The notes under the pieces: generated by a model | Told to the model about the DNA's origin: nothing | What the model saw: only the letters and a program-made list of their open reading frames with translations | Databases searched by the model: none | Assembly (NCBI GenBank): GCA_964016885.1 | Contig: OZ024759.1 | Location: 5,828,001-5,892,000 of the forward strand | DNA: 64,000 nucleotides | Direction of reading: 5' to 3' | DNA from: Eledone cirrhosa | Lineage: Eukaryota | Shown: piece by piece, positions 23,801 through 37,569 of the stretch | How the letters are laid out: every line of letters begins with the position of its first letter | Position numbering within the stretch: the first letter of the stretch is position 1 | Program-made: the position numbers and the translations under genes

Positions 23801-26800
23801 ATGGTATTAGCTGTCAGAAGTAACTCCACTGTTGGTGAGAATTCATTTAAGTTCATGGTATTAGCTGTCAGAAGGAACTCCAATGTTGGTGAGAATTCAT
23901 TTAAGTCATGGTACTAGCTGTCAGAAGTAACTCCACTGTTGGTGAGAATTCATTTAAGTTCATGGTATTAGCTGGCAGAAGGAACGCCACTGTTGGTGAG
24001 AATTCATTTAAGTTCATAGTATTAGCTGTTAGAAGTAACTCCACTGTTGGTGAGAATTCATTTAAGTTCATGGTACTAGCTGTCAGAAGTAACTCCAATG
24101 TTGGTGAGAATTCATTTAAGTTCATGGTATTAGCTGTCAGAAGTAACTCCACTGTTGGTGAGAATTCATTTAAGTCATGGTATTAGCTGTCAGAAGTAAC
24201 TCCATTGTTGGTGAGAATTCATTTAAGCCATGGTACTAGCTGTCAGAAGTAACTCCACTGTTGGTGAGAATTCATTTAAGTTCATGGTATTAGCTGTCAG
24301 AAGGAACTCCACTGTTGGTGAGAATTCATTTAAGTTCATGGTATTAGCTGTCAGAAGTAACTCCACTGTTGGTGAGAATTCATTTAAGTTCATGGTACTA
24401 GCTGTCAGAAGTAACTCCACTGTTGGTGAGAATTCATTTAAGTTCATGGTACTAGCTGTCAGAAGGAACTCCACTGTTGGTGAGAATTCATTTAAGTTAA
24501 TGGTATTAGCTGTCAGAAGTAACTCCAATGTTGGTGAGAATTCATTTAAGTCATGGTACTAGCTGTCAGAAGTAACTCCACTGTTGGTGAGAATTCATTT
24601 AAGTTCATGGTATTAGCTGTCAGAAGGAACTCCACTGTTGGTGAGAATTCATTTAAGTTCATGGTATTAGCTGTCAGAAGTAACTCCACTGTTGGTGAGA
24701 ATTCATTTAAGTTCATGGTACTAGCTGTCAGAAGTAACTCCAATGTTGGTGAGAATTCATTTAAGTTCATGGTATTAGCTGTCAGAAGTAACTCCAATGT
24801 TGGTGAGAATTCATTTAAGTTCATGGTATTAGCTGTCAGAAGTAACTCCACTGTTGGTGAGAATTCATTTAAGTTCATGGTACTAGCTGTCAGAAGTAAC
24901 TCCACTGTTGGTGAGAATTCATTTAAGTTCATGGTACTAGCTGTCAGAAGTAACTCCACTGTTGGTGAGAATTCATTTAAGTTCATGGTATTAGCTGTCA
25001 GAAGTCACTCCAATGTTGGTGAGAATTCATTTAAGTTCATGGTATTAGCTGTCAGAAGTAACTCCACTGTTGGTGAGAATTCATTTAAGTTCATGGTATT
25101 AGCTGTCAGAAGTAACTCCACTGTTGGTGAGAATTCATTTAAGTTCATGGTATTAGCTGTCAGAAGTAACTCCACTGTTGGTGAGAATTCATTTAAGTTC
25201 ATGGTATTAGCTGTCAGAAGTAACTCCACTGTTGGTGAGAATTCATTTAAGTTCATGGTATTAGCTGTCAGAAGTACCTCCACTGTTGGTGAGAATTCAT
25301 TTAAGTTCATGGTATTAGCTGTCAGAAGTAACTCCACTGTTGGTGAGAATTCATTTAAGTCATGGTATTAGCTGTCAGAAGTAACTCCACTGTTGGTGAG
25401 AATTCATTTAAGTTCATGGTACTAGCTGTGAGAAGTAACTCCAATGTTGGTGAGAATTCATTTAAGTTCATGGTATTAGCTGTCAGAAGGAACTCCACTG
25501 TTGGTGAGAATTCATTTAAGTTCATGGTATTAGCTGTCAGAAGTAACTCCACTGTTGGTGAGAATTCATTTAAGTTCATGGTACTAGTTGTCAGAAGTAA
25601 CTCCACTGTTGGTGAGAATTCATTTAAGTCATGGTATTAGCTGTCAGAAGAAACTCCATTGTTGGTGAGAATTCATTTAAGTTCATGGTATTAGCTGTCA
25701 GAAGTAACTCCACTGTTGGTGAGAATTCATTTAAGTTCATGGTACTAGCTGTCAGAAGTAACTCCAATGTTGGTGAGAATTCATTTAAGTTCATGGTATT
25801 AGCTGTCAGAAGTAACTCCACTGTTGGTGAGAATTCATTTAAGTCATGGTATTAGCTGTCAGAAGTAACTCCAATGTTGGTGAGAATTCATTTAAGTTCA
25901 TGGTACTAGCTGTCAGAAGTAACTCCAATGTTGGTGAGAATTCATTTAAGTTCATGGTATTAGCTGTCAGAAGTAACTCCACTGTTGGTGAGAATTCATT
26001 TAAGTCATGGTATTAGTTGTCAGAAGTAACTCCAATGTTGGTGAGAATTCATTTAAGTTCATGGTACTAGCTGTCAGAAGTAACTCCACTGTTGGTGAGA
26101 ATTCATTTAAGTTCATGGTATTAGCTGTCAGAAGTAACTCCACCGTTGTTGAGAATTCATTTAAGTCATGGTATTAGCTGTCAGAAGTAACTCCACTGTT
26201 GGTGAGAATTCATATAAGTTCATGGTATTAGCTGTCAGAAGTAACTCCACTGTTGGTGAGAATTCATTTAAGTTCATGGTACTAGCTGTCAGAAGTAACT
26301 CCACTGTTGGTGAGAATTCATTTAAGTTCATGGTATTAGCTGTCAGAAGTAACTCCACTGTTGGTGAGAATTCATTTAAGTTCATGGTACTAGCTGTCAG
26401 AAGTAACTCCACTGTTGGTGAGAATTCATTTAAGTTCATGGTATTAGCTGTCAGAAGTAACTCCACTGTTGGTGAGAATTCATTTAAGTTCATGGTATTA
26501 GCTGTCAGAAGTAACTCCACTGTTGGTGAGAATTCATTTAAGTTCATGGTATTAGCTGTCAGAAGTAACTCCACTGTTGGTGAGAATTCATTTAAGTTCA
26601 TGGTACTAGCTGTCAGAAGTAACTCCAATGTTGGTGAGAATTTATTTAAGTTCATGGTATTAGCTGTCAGAAGTAACTCCACTGTTGGTGAGAATTCATT
26701 TAAGTCATGGTATTAGCTGTCAGAAGTAACTCCAATGTTGGTGAGAATTCATTTAAGTTCATGGTATTAGCTGTCAGAAGGAACTCCACTGTTGGTGAGA

Positions 26801-27870
26801 ATTCATTTAAGTTCATGGTATTAGCTGTCAGAAGTAACTCCACTGTTGGTGAGAATTCATTTAAGTTCATGGTATTAGCTGTCAGAAGGAACTCCAATGT
26901 TGGTGAGAATTCATTTAAGTCATGGTACTAGCTGTCAGAAGTAACTCCACTGTTGGTGAGAATTCATTTAAGTTCATGGTATTAGCTGGCAGAAGGAACG
27001 CCACTGTTGGTGAGAATTCATTTAAGTTCATGGTATTAGCTGTTAGAAGTAACTCCACTGTTGGTGAGAATTCATTTAAGTTCATGGTACTAGCTGTCAG
27101 AAGTAACTCCAATGTTGGTGAGAATTCATTTAAGTTCATGGTATTAGCTGTCAGAAGTAACTCCACTGTTGGTGAGAATTCATTTAAGTCATGGTATTAG
27201 CTGTCAGAAGTAACTCCATTGTTGGTGAGAATTCATTTAAGCCATGGTACTAGCTGTCAGAAGTAACTCCACTGTTGGTGAGAATTCATTTAAGTTCATG
27301 GTATTAGCTGTCAGAAGGAACTCCACTGTTGGTGAGAATTCATTTAAGTTCATGGTATTAGCTGTCAGAAGTAACTCCACTGTTGGTGAGAATTCATTTA
27401 AGTTCATGGTACTAGCTGTCAGAAGTAACTCCACTGTTGGTGAGAATTCATTTAAGTTCATGGTACTAGCTGTCAGAAGGAACTCCACTGTTGGTGAGAA
27501 TTCATTTAAGTTAATGGTATTAGCTGTCAGAAGTAACTCCAATGTTGGTGAGAATTCATTTAAGTCATGGTACTAGCTGTCAGAAGTAACTCCACTGTTG
27601 GTGAGAATTCATTTAAGTTCATGGTATTAGCTGTCAGAAGGAACTCCACTGTTGGTGAGAATTCATTTAAGTTCATGGTATTAGCTGTCAGAAGTAACTC
27701 CACTGTTGGTGAGAATTCATTTAAGTTCATGGTACTAGCTGTCAGAAGTAACTCCAATGTTGGTGAGAATTCATTTAAGTTCATGGTATTAGCTGTCAGA
27801 AGTAACTCCAATGTTGGTGAGAATTCATTTAAGTTCATGGTATTAGCTGTCAGAAGTAACTCCACTGTTG
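17560..27870. repeat. Four-copy higher-order block (offsets 1990, 2960, 3014 bp)
   Basis: The marker pair CCACCGTTGTTGAG plus next-monomer TTCATATAAG has GTTGTT at 18181, 20171, 23131 and 26145. 182-aa pseudo-ORFs start at 18204, 20194, 23154 and 26168. Confidence 0.9.
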
Positions 27871-27989
27871 GTGAGAATTCATTTAAGTTCATGGTACTAG
27901 CTGTCAGAAGTAACTCCAATGTTGGTGAGAATTCATTTAAGTTCATGGTATTAGCTGTCAGAAGTAACTCCACTGTTGGTGAGAATTCA

Positions 27990-30050
27990 TTTAAGTCATG
28001 GTATTAGTTGTCAGAAGTAACTCCAATGTTGGTGAGAATTCATTTAAGTTCATGGTACTAGCTGTCAGAAGTAACTCCACTGTTGGTGAGAATTCATTTA
28101 AGTTCATGGTATTAGCTGTCAGAAGTAACTCCACCGTTGGTGAGAATTCATTTAAGTCATGGTATTAGCTGTCAGAAGTAACTCCACTGTTGGTGAGAAT
28201 TCATTTAAGTTCATGGTATTAGCTGTCAGAAGTAACTCCACTGTTGGTGAGAATTCATTTAAGTTCATGGTACTAGCTGTCAGAAGTAACTCCACTGTTG
28301 GTGAGAATTCATTTAAGTTCATGGTATTAGTTTGTCAGAAGTAACTCCACAGTTGGTGAGAATTCATTTAAGTCATGGTATTAGTTGTCAGAAGTAACTC
28401 CAATGTTGGTGAGAATTCACTTAAGTTCATGGTATTAGCTGTCAGAAGGAACTCCAATGTTGGTGAGAATTCATTTAAGTCATGGTACTAGCTGTCAGAA
28501 GTAACTCCACTGTTGGTGAGAATTCATTTAAGTTCATGGTATTAGCTGGCAGAAGGAACGCCACTGTTGGTGAGAATTCATTTAAGTTCATGGTATTAGC
28601 TGTTAGAAGTAACTCCACTGTTGGTGAGAATTCATTTAAGTTCATGGTACTAGCTGTCAGAAGTAACTCCAATGTTGGTGAGAATTCATTTAAGTTCATG
28701 GTATTAGCTGTCAGAAGTAACTCCACTGTTGGTGAGAATTCATTTAAGTCATGGTATTAGCTGTCAGAAGTAACTCCATTGTTGATGAGAATTCATTTAA
28801 GCCATGGTACTAGCTGTCAGAAGTAACTCCACTGTTGGTGAGAATTCATTTAAGTTCATGGTATTAGCTGTCAGAAGGAACTCCACTGTTGGTGAGAATT
28901 CATTTAAGTTCATGGTATTAGCTGTCAGAAGTAACTCCACTGTTGGTGAGAATTCATTTAAGTTCATGGTATTAGCTGTCAGAAGTAACTCCACCGTTGG
29001 TGAGAATTCATTTAAGTCATGGTATTAGCTGTCAGAAGTAACTCCACTGTTGGTGAGAATTCATTTAAGGCATGGTATTAGTTGTCAGAAGTAACTCCAA
29101 TGTTGGTGAGAATTCATTTAAGTTCATGGTACTAGCTGTCAGAAGTAACTCCACTGTTGGTGAGAATTCATTTAAGTTCATGGTATTAGCTGTCAGAAGT
29201 AACTCCACCGTTGGTGAGAATTCATTTAAGTCATGGTATTAGCTGTCAGAAGTAACTCCACTGTTGGTGAGAATTCATTTAAGTTCATGGTATTAGCTGT
29301 CAGAAGTAACTCCACTGTTGGTGAGAATTCATTTAAGTTCATGGTACTAGCTGTCAGAAGTAACTCCACTGTTGGTGAGAATTCATTTAAGTTCATGGTA
29401 TTAGTTTGTCAGAAGTAACTCCACAGTTGGTGAGAATTCATTTAAGTCATGGTATTAGTTGTCAGAAGTAACTCCAATGTTGGTGAGAATTCACTTAAGT
29501 TCATGGTATTAGCTGTCAGAAGGAACTCCAATGTTGGTGAGAATTCATTTAAGTCATGGTACTAGCTGTCAGAAGTAACTCCACTGTTGGTGAGAATTCA
29601 TTTAAGTTCATGGTATTAGCTGGCAGAAGGAACGCCACTGTTGGTGAGAATTCATTTAAGTTCATGGTATTAGCTGTTAGAAGTAACTCCACTGTTGGTG
29701 AGAATTCATTTAAGTTCATGGTACTAGCTGTCAGAAGTAACTCCAATGTTGGTGAGAATTCATTTAAGTTCATGGTATTAGCTGTCAGAAGTAACTCCAC
29801 TGTTGGTGAGAATTCATTTAAGTCATGGTATTAGCTGTCAGAAGTAACTCCATTGTTGATGAGAATTCATTTAAGCCATGGTACTAGCTGTCAGAAGTAA
29901 CTCCACTGTTGGTGAGAATTCATTTAAGTTCATGGTATTAGCTGTCAGAAGGAACTCCACTGTTGGTGAGAATTCATTTAAGTTCATGGTATTAGCTGTC
30001 AGAAGTAACTCCACTGTTGGTGAGAATTCATTTAAGTTCATGGTACTAGC
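27990..30050. repeat. Tandem block duplication, period 1074 bp (20 monomers)
   Basis: GTTGATGAG at 28781/29855 and TTCACTTAAG at ~28416/29490. ORF starts 28159/28482/28804 recur at 29233/29556/29878. Confidence 0.88.
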
Positions 30051-33000
30051 TGTCAGAAGTAACTCCACTGTTGGTGAGAATTCATTTAAGTTCATGGTAC
30101 TAGCTGTCAGAAGGAACTCCACTGTTGGTGAGAATTCATTTAAGTTAATGGTATTAGCTGTCAGAAGTAACTCCAATGTTGGTGAGAATTCATTTAAGTC
30201 ATGGTACTAGCTGTCAGAAGTAACTCCACTGTTGGTGAGAATTCATTTAAGTTCATGGTATTAGCTGTCAGAAGGAACTCCACTGTTGGTGAGAATTCAT
30301 TTAAGTTCATGGTATTAGCTGTCAGAAGTAACTCCACTGTTGGTGAGAATTCATTTAAGTTCATGGTACTAGCTGTCAGAAGTAACTCCAATGTTGGTGA
30401 GAATTCACTTAAGTTCATGGTATTAGCTGTCAGAAGTAACTCCAATGTTGGTGAGAATTCATTTAAGTTCATGGTATTAGCTGTCAGAAGTAACTCCACT
30501 GTTGGTGAGAATTCATTTAAGTTCATGGTACTAGCTGTCAGAAGTAACTCCACTGTTGGTGAGAATTCATTTAAGTTCATGGTACTAGCTGTCAGAAGTA
30601 ACCCCAATGTTGGTGAGAATTCATTTAAGTTCATGGTATTAGCTGTCAGAAGTCACTCCAATGTTGGTGAGAATTCATTTAAGTTCATGGTATTAGCTGT
30701 CAGAAGTAACTCCACTGTTGGTGAGAATTCATTTAAGTTCATGGTATTAGCTGTCAGAAGTAACTCCACTGTTGGTGAGAATTCATTTAAGTTCATGGTA
30801 TTAGCTGTCAGAAGTAACTCCACTGTTGGTGAGAATTCATTTAAGTTCATGGTATTAGCTGTCAGAAGTAACTCCACTGTTGGTGAGAATTCATTTAAGT
30901 TCATGGTATTAGCTGTCAGAAGTACCTCCACTGTTGGTGAGAATTCATTTAAGTTCATGGTATTAGCTGTCAGAAGTAACTCCACTGTTGGTGAGAATTC
31001 ATTTAAGTCATTGTATTAGCTGTCAGAAGTAACTCCATTGTTGGTGAGAATTCATTTAAGTCATGGTACTAGCTGTCAGAAGTAACTCCACTGTTGGTGA
31101 GAATTCATTTAAGTTCATGGTACTAGCTGTCAGAAGTAACTCCACTGTTGGTGAGAATTCATTTAAGTTCATGGTATTAGCTGTCAGAAGGAACGCCACT
31201 GTTGGTGAGAATTCATTTAAGTTCATGGTATTAGCTGTCAGAAGTAACTCCAATGTTGGTGAGAATTCATTTAAGTTCATGGTACTAGCTGTGAGAAGTA
31301 ACTCCAATGTTGGTGAGAATTCATTTAAGTTCATGGTATTAGCTGTCAGAAGGAACTCCACTGTTGGTGAGAATTCATTTAAGTTCATGGTATTAGCTGT
31401 CAGAAGTAACTCCACTGTTGGTGAGAATTCATTTAAGTTCATGGTACTAGTTGTCAGAAGTAACTCCACTGTTGGTGAGAATTCATTTAAGTTCATGGTA
31501 TTAGTTGTCAAAAGTAACTCCACTGTTGGTGAGAATTCATTTAAGTCATGGTATTAGTTGTCAGAAGTAACTCCAATGTTGGTGAGAATTCATTTAAGTT
31601 CATGGTATTAGCTGTCAGAAGTAACTCCACTGTTGGTGAGAATTCATTTAAGTTCATGGTATTAGCTGTCAGAAGTAACTCCACTGTTGGTGAGAATTCA
31701 TTTAAGTCATGGTATTAGCTGTCAGAAGTAACTCCATTGTTGGTGAGAATTCATTTAAGTCATGGTACTAGCTGTCAGAAGTAACTCCACTGTTGGTGAG
31801 AATTCATTTAAGTTCATGGTATTAGCTGTCAGAAGGAACTCCACTGTTGGTGAGAATTCATTTAAGTTCATGGTATTAGCTGTCAGAAGTAACTCCACTG
31901 TTGGTGAGAATTCATTTAAGTTCATGGTACTAGCTGTCAGAAGTAACTCCAATGTTGGTGAGAATTCATTTAAGTTCATGGTATTAGCTGTCAGAAGTAA
32001 CTCCACTGTTGATGAGAATTCATTTAAGTCATGGTATTAGCTGTCAGAAGTAACTCCAATGTTGGTGAGAATTCATTTAAGTTCATGGTATTAGCTGTCA
32101 GAAGGAACTCCACTGTTGGTGAGAATTCATTTAAGTTCATGGTATTAGCTGTCAGAAGTAACTCCACTGTTGGTGAGAATTCATTTAAGTTCATGGTACT
32201 AGCTGTCAGAAGTAACTCCAATGTTGGTGAGAATTCATTTAAGTTCATGGTATTAGCTGTCAGAAGTAACTCCACTGTTGGTGAGAATTCATTTAAGTCA
32301 TGGTATTAGTTGTCAGAAGTAACTCCAATGTTGGTGAGAATTCATTTAAGTTCATGGTACTAGCTGTCAGAAGTAACTCCACTGTTGGTGAGAATTCATT
32401 TAAGTTCATGGTATTAGTTTGTCAGAAGTAACTCCACTGTTGGTGAGAATTCATTTAAGTCATGGTATTAGTTGTCAGAAGTAACTCCAATGTTGGTGAG
32501 AATTCATTTAAGTTCATGGTATTAGCTGTCAGAAGTAACTCCACTGTTGGTGAGAATTCATTTAAGTTCATGGTATTAGCTGTCAGAAGGAACTCCAATG
32601 TTGGTGAGAATTCATTTAAGTCATGGTACTAGCTGTCAGAAGTAACTCCACTGTTGGTGAGAATTCATTTAAGTTCATGGTATTAGCTGGCAGAAGGAAC
32701 GCCACTATTGGTGAGAATTCATTTAAGTTCATGGTATTAGCTGTTAGAAGTAACTCCACTGTTGGTGAGAATTCATTTAAGTTCATGGTACTAGCTGTCA
32801 GAAGTAACTCCACTGTTGGTGAGAATTCATTTAAGTTCATGGTATTAGCTGTCAGAAGGAACTCCACTGTTGGTGAGAATTCATTTAAGTTCATGGTATT
32901 AGCTGTCAGAAGTAACTCCACTGTTGGTGAGAATTCATTTAAGTTCATGGTACTAGCTGTCAGAAGTAACTCCACTGTTGGTGAGAATTCATTTAAGTTC

Positions 33001-36000
33001 ATGGTACTAGCTGTCAGAAGGAACTCCACTGTTGGTGAGAATTCATTTAAGTTAATGGTATTAGCTGTCAGAAGTAACTCCAATGTTGGTGAGAATTCAT
33101 TTAAGTCATGGTACTAGCTGTCAGAAGTAACTCCACTGTTGGTGAGAATTCATTTAAGTTCATGGTATTAGCTGTCAGAAGGAACTCCACTGTTGGTGAG
33201 AATTCATTTAAGTTCATGGTATTAGCTGTCAGAAGTAACTCCACTGTTGGTGAGAATTCATTTAAGTTCATGGTACTAGCTGTCAGAAGTAACTCCAATG
33301 TTGGTGAGAATTCATTTAAGTTCATGGTATTAGCTGTCAGAAGTAACTCCAATGTTGGTGAGAATTCATTTAAGTTCATGGTATTAGCTGTCAGAAGTAA
33401 CTCCACTGTTGGTGAGAATTCATTTAAGTTCATGGTACTAGCTGTCAGAAGTAACTCCACTGTTGGTGAGAATTCATTTAAGTTCATGGTACTAGCTGTC
33501 AGAAGTAACCCCAATGTTGGTGAGAATTCATTTAAGTTCATGGTATTAGCTGTCAGAAGTCACTCCAATGTTGGTGAGAATTCATTTAAGTTCATGGTAT
33601 TAGCTGTCAGAAGTAACTCCACTGTTGGTGAGAATTCATTTAAGTTCATGGTATTAGCTGTCAGAAGTAACTCCACTGTTTGTGAGAATTCATTTAAGTT
33701 CATGGTATTAGCTGTCAGAAGTAACTCCACTGTTGGTGAGAATTCATTTAAGTTCATGGTATTAGCTGTCAGAAGTAACTCCACTGTTGGTGAGAATTCA
33801 TTTAAGTTCATGGTACTAGCTGTCAGAAGTAACTCCAATGTTGGTGAGAATTCATTTAAGTTCATGGTATTAGCTGTCAGAAGTACCTCCACTGTTGGTG
33901 AGAATTCATTTAAGTTCATGGTACTAGCTGTCAGAAGTAACTGCAATGTTGGTGATAATTCATTTAAGTTCATGGTATTAGCTGTCAGAAGTAACTCCAA
34001 TGTTGGTGAGAATTCATTTAAGTTCATGGTATTAGCTGTCAGAAGTAACTCCACTGTTGGTGAGAATTCATTTAAGTTCATGGTACTAGCTGTCAGAAGT
34101 AACTCCACTGTTGGTGAGAATTCATTTAAGTTCATGGTACTAGCTGTCAGAAGTAACCCCAATGTTGGTGAGAATTCATTTAAGTTCATGGTATTAGCTG
34201 TCAGAAGTCACTCCAATGTTGGTGAGAATTCATTTAAGTTCATGGTATTAGCTGTCAGAAGTAACTCCACTGTTGGTGAGAATTCATTTAAGTTCATGGT
34301 ATTAGCTGTCAGAAGTAACTCCACTGTTGGTGAGAATTCATTTAAGTTCATGGTATTAGCTGTCAGAAGTAACTCCACTGTTGGTGAGAATTCATTTAAG
34401 TTCATGGTATTAGCTGTCAGAAGTAACTCCACTGTTGGTGAGAATTCATTTAAGTTCATGGTACTAGCTGTCAGAAGTAACTCCAATGTTGGTGAGAATT
34501 CATTTAAGTCATGGTATTAGCTGTCAGAAGTAACTCCAATGTTGGTGAGAATTCATTTAAGTTCATGGTATTAGCTGTCAGAAGGAACTCCACTGTTGGT
34601 GAGAATTCATGTAAGTTCATGGTATTAGCTGTCAGAAGTAACTCCACTGTTGGTGAAAATTCATTTAAGTTCTTGGTACTAGCTGTCAGAAGTAACTCCA
34701 ATGTTGGTGAGAATTCATTTAAGTTCATGGTATTAGCTGTCAGAAGTAACTCCACTGTTGGTGAGAATTCATTTAAGTCATGGTATTAGTTGTCAGAAGT
34801 AACTCCAATGTTGGTGAGAATTCATTTAAGTTCATGGTACTAGCTGTCAGAAGTAACTCCAATGTTGGTGAGAATTCATTTAAGTTCATGGTATTAGCTG
34901 TCAGAAGTAACTCCACCGTTGGTGAGAATTCATTTAAGTCATGGTATTAGCTGTCAGAAGTAACTCCACTGTTGGTGAGAATTCATTTAAGTTCATGGTA
35001 TTAGCTGTCAGAAGTAACTCCACTGTTGGTGAGAATTCATTTAAGTTCATGGTACTAGCTGTCAGAAGTAACTCGACTGTTGGTGAGAATTCATTTAAGT
35101 TCATGGTATTAGTTTGTCAGAAGTAACTCCACAGTTGGTGAGAATTCATTTAAGTCATGGTATTAGTTGTCAGAAGTAACTCCAATGTTGGTGAGAATTC
35201 ATTTAAGTTCATGGTATTAGCTGTCAGAAGTAACTCCACTGTTGGTGAGAATTCATTTAAGTTCATGGTATTAGCTGTCAGAAGGAACTCCAATGTTGGT
35301 GAGAATTCATTTAAGTCATGGTACTAGCTGTCAGAAGTAACTCCACTGTTGGTGAGAATTCATTTAAGTTCATGGTATTAGCTGGCAGAAGGAACTCCAC
35401 TGTTGGTGAGAATTCATTTAAGTTCATGGTATTAGCTGTTAGAAGTAACTCCACTGTTGGTGAGAATTCATTTAAGTTCATGGTACTAGCTGTCAGAAGT
35501 AACTCCACTGTTGGTGAGAATTCATTTAAGTTCATGGTACTAGCTGTCAGAAGTAACTCCACTGTTGGTGAGAATTCATTTAAGTCATGGTATTAGCTGT
35601 CAGAAGTAACTCCATTGTTGGTGAGAATTCATTTAAGCCATGGTACTAGCTGTCAGAAGTAACTCCACTGTTGGTGAGAATTCATTTAAGTTCATGGTAT
35701 TAGCTGTCAGAAGGAACTCCACTGTTGGTGAGAATTCATTTAAGTTCATGGTATTAGCTTTCAGAAGTAACTCCACTGTTGGTGAGAATTCATTTAAGTT
35801 CATGGTACTAGCTGTCAGAAGTAACTCCACTGTTGGTGAGAATTCATTTAAGTTCATGGTACTAGCTGTCAGAAGGAACTCCACTGTTGGTGAGAATTCA
35901 TTTAAGTTAATGGTATTAGCTGTCAGAAGTAACTCCAATGTTGGTGAGAATTCATTTAAGTCATGGTACTAGCTGTCAGAAGTAACTCCACTGTTGGTGA

Positions 36001-37569
36001 GAATTCATTTAAGTTCATGGTATTAGCTGTCAGAAGGAACTCCACTGTTGGTGAGAATTCATTTAAGTTCATGGTATTAGCTGTCAGAAGTAACTCCACT
36101 GTTGGTGAGAATTCATTTAAGTTCATGGTACTAGCTGTCAGAAGTAACTCCAATGTTGGTGAGAATTCATTTAAGTTCATGGTATTAGCTGTCAGAAGTA
36201 ACTCCAATGTTGGTGAGAATTCATTTAAGTTCATGGTATTAGCTGTCAGAAGTAACTCCACTGTTGGTGAGAATTCATTTAAGTTCATGTTACTAGCTGT
36301 CAGAGTAACTCCACTGTTGGTGAGAATTCATTTTAGTTCATGGTACTAGCTGTCAGAAGTAACCCCAATGTTGGTGAGAATTCATTTAAGTTCATGGTAT
36401 TAGCTGTCAGAAGTCACTCCAATGTTGGTGAGAATTCATTTAAGTTTATGGTATTAGCTGTCAGAAGTAACTCCACTGTTGGTGAGAATTCATTTAAGTT
36501 CATGGTATTAGCTGTCAGAAGTAACTCCACTGTTGGTGAGAATTCATTTAAGTTCATGGTATTAGCTGTCAGAAGTAACTCCACTGTTGGTGAGAATTCA
36601 TTTAAGTTCATGGTATTAGCTGTCAGAAGTAACTCCACTGTTGGTGAGATTTCATTTAAGTTCATGGTACTAGCTGTCAGAAGTAACTCCACTGTTGGTG
36701 AGAATTCATTTAAGTCATGGTATTAGCTGTCAATAGTAACTCCATTGTTGGTGAGAATTCATTTAAGTCATGGTACTAGCTGTCAGAAGTAACTCCACTG
36801 TTGGTGAGAATTCATTTAAGTTCATGGTATTAGCTGTCAGAAGGAACTCCACTGTTGGTGAGAATTCATTTAAGATCATGGTACTAGCTGTCAGAAGTAA
36901 CTCCACTGTTGGTGAGAATTCATTTAAGTTCATGGTATTAGTTTGTCAGAAGTAACTCCACTGTTGGTGAGAATTCATTTAAGTTCATGGTACTAGCTGT
37001 CAGAAGTAACTCCACTGTTGGTGAGAATTCATTTAAGTTCATGGTACTAGCTGTCAGAAGTAACTCCACTGTTGGTGAGAATTCATTTAAATTCGTGGTA
37101 TTAGCTGTCAGAAGTAACTCCAATGTTGGTGAGAATTCATTTAAGTTCATGGTATTAGCTGTCAGAAGTAACTCCACTGTTGGTGAGAATTCATTTAAGT
37201 TCATGGTACTAGCTGTCAGAAGTAACTCCACTGTTGGTGAGAATTCATTTAAGTTCATGGTATTAGCTGTCAGAAGTCACTCCACTGTTGGTGAGAATTC
37301 ATTTAAGTTCATGGTACTAGCTGTCAGAAGTAACCCCAATGTTGGTGAGAATTCATTTAAGTTCATGGTATTAGCTGTCAGAAGTAACTCCACTGTTGGT
37401 GAGAATTCATTTAAGTTCATGGTATTAGCTGTCAGAAGGAACTCCACTGTTGGTGAGAATTCATTTAAGTTCATGGTATTAGCTGTCAGAAGTAACTCCA
37501 CTGTTGGTGAGAATTAATTTAAGTTCATGGTACTATCTGTCAGAAGTAACTCCAATGTTGGTGAGAATT

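Larger units (their letters stand above)
1..36300. repeat. Left sub-array (variant family A) of the 54-bp satellite
   Basis: The marker monomer GCTGGCAGAAGG followed by GCTGTTAGAAG occurs 12 times, in blocks starting at ~111, 11101, 13738, 15676, 18958, 20948, 23908, 26922, 28482, 29556, 32623 and 35318. AAGCCATGG (~430 to ~35636), CCACCGTT and AGTTTGTCAGAAGTAACTCCACAG are also confined here. None was seen after ~35.7 kb. Confidence 0.85.
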
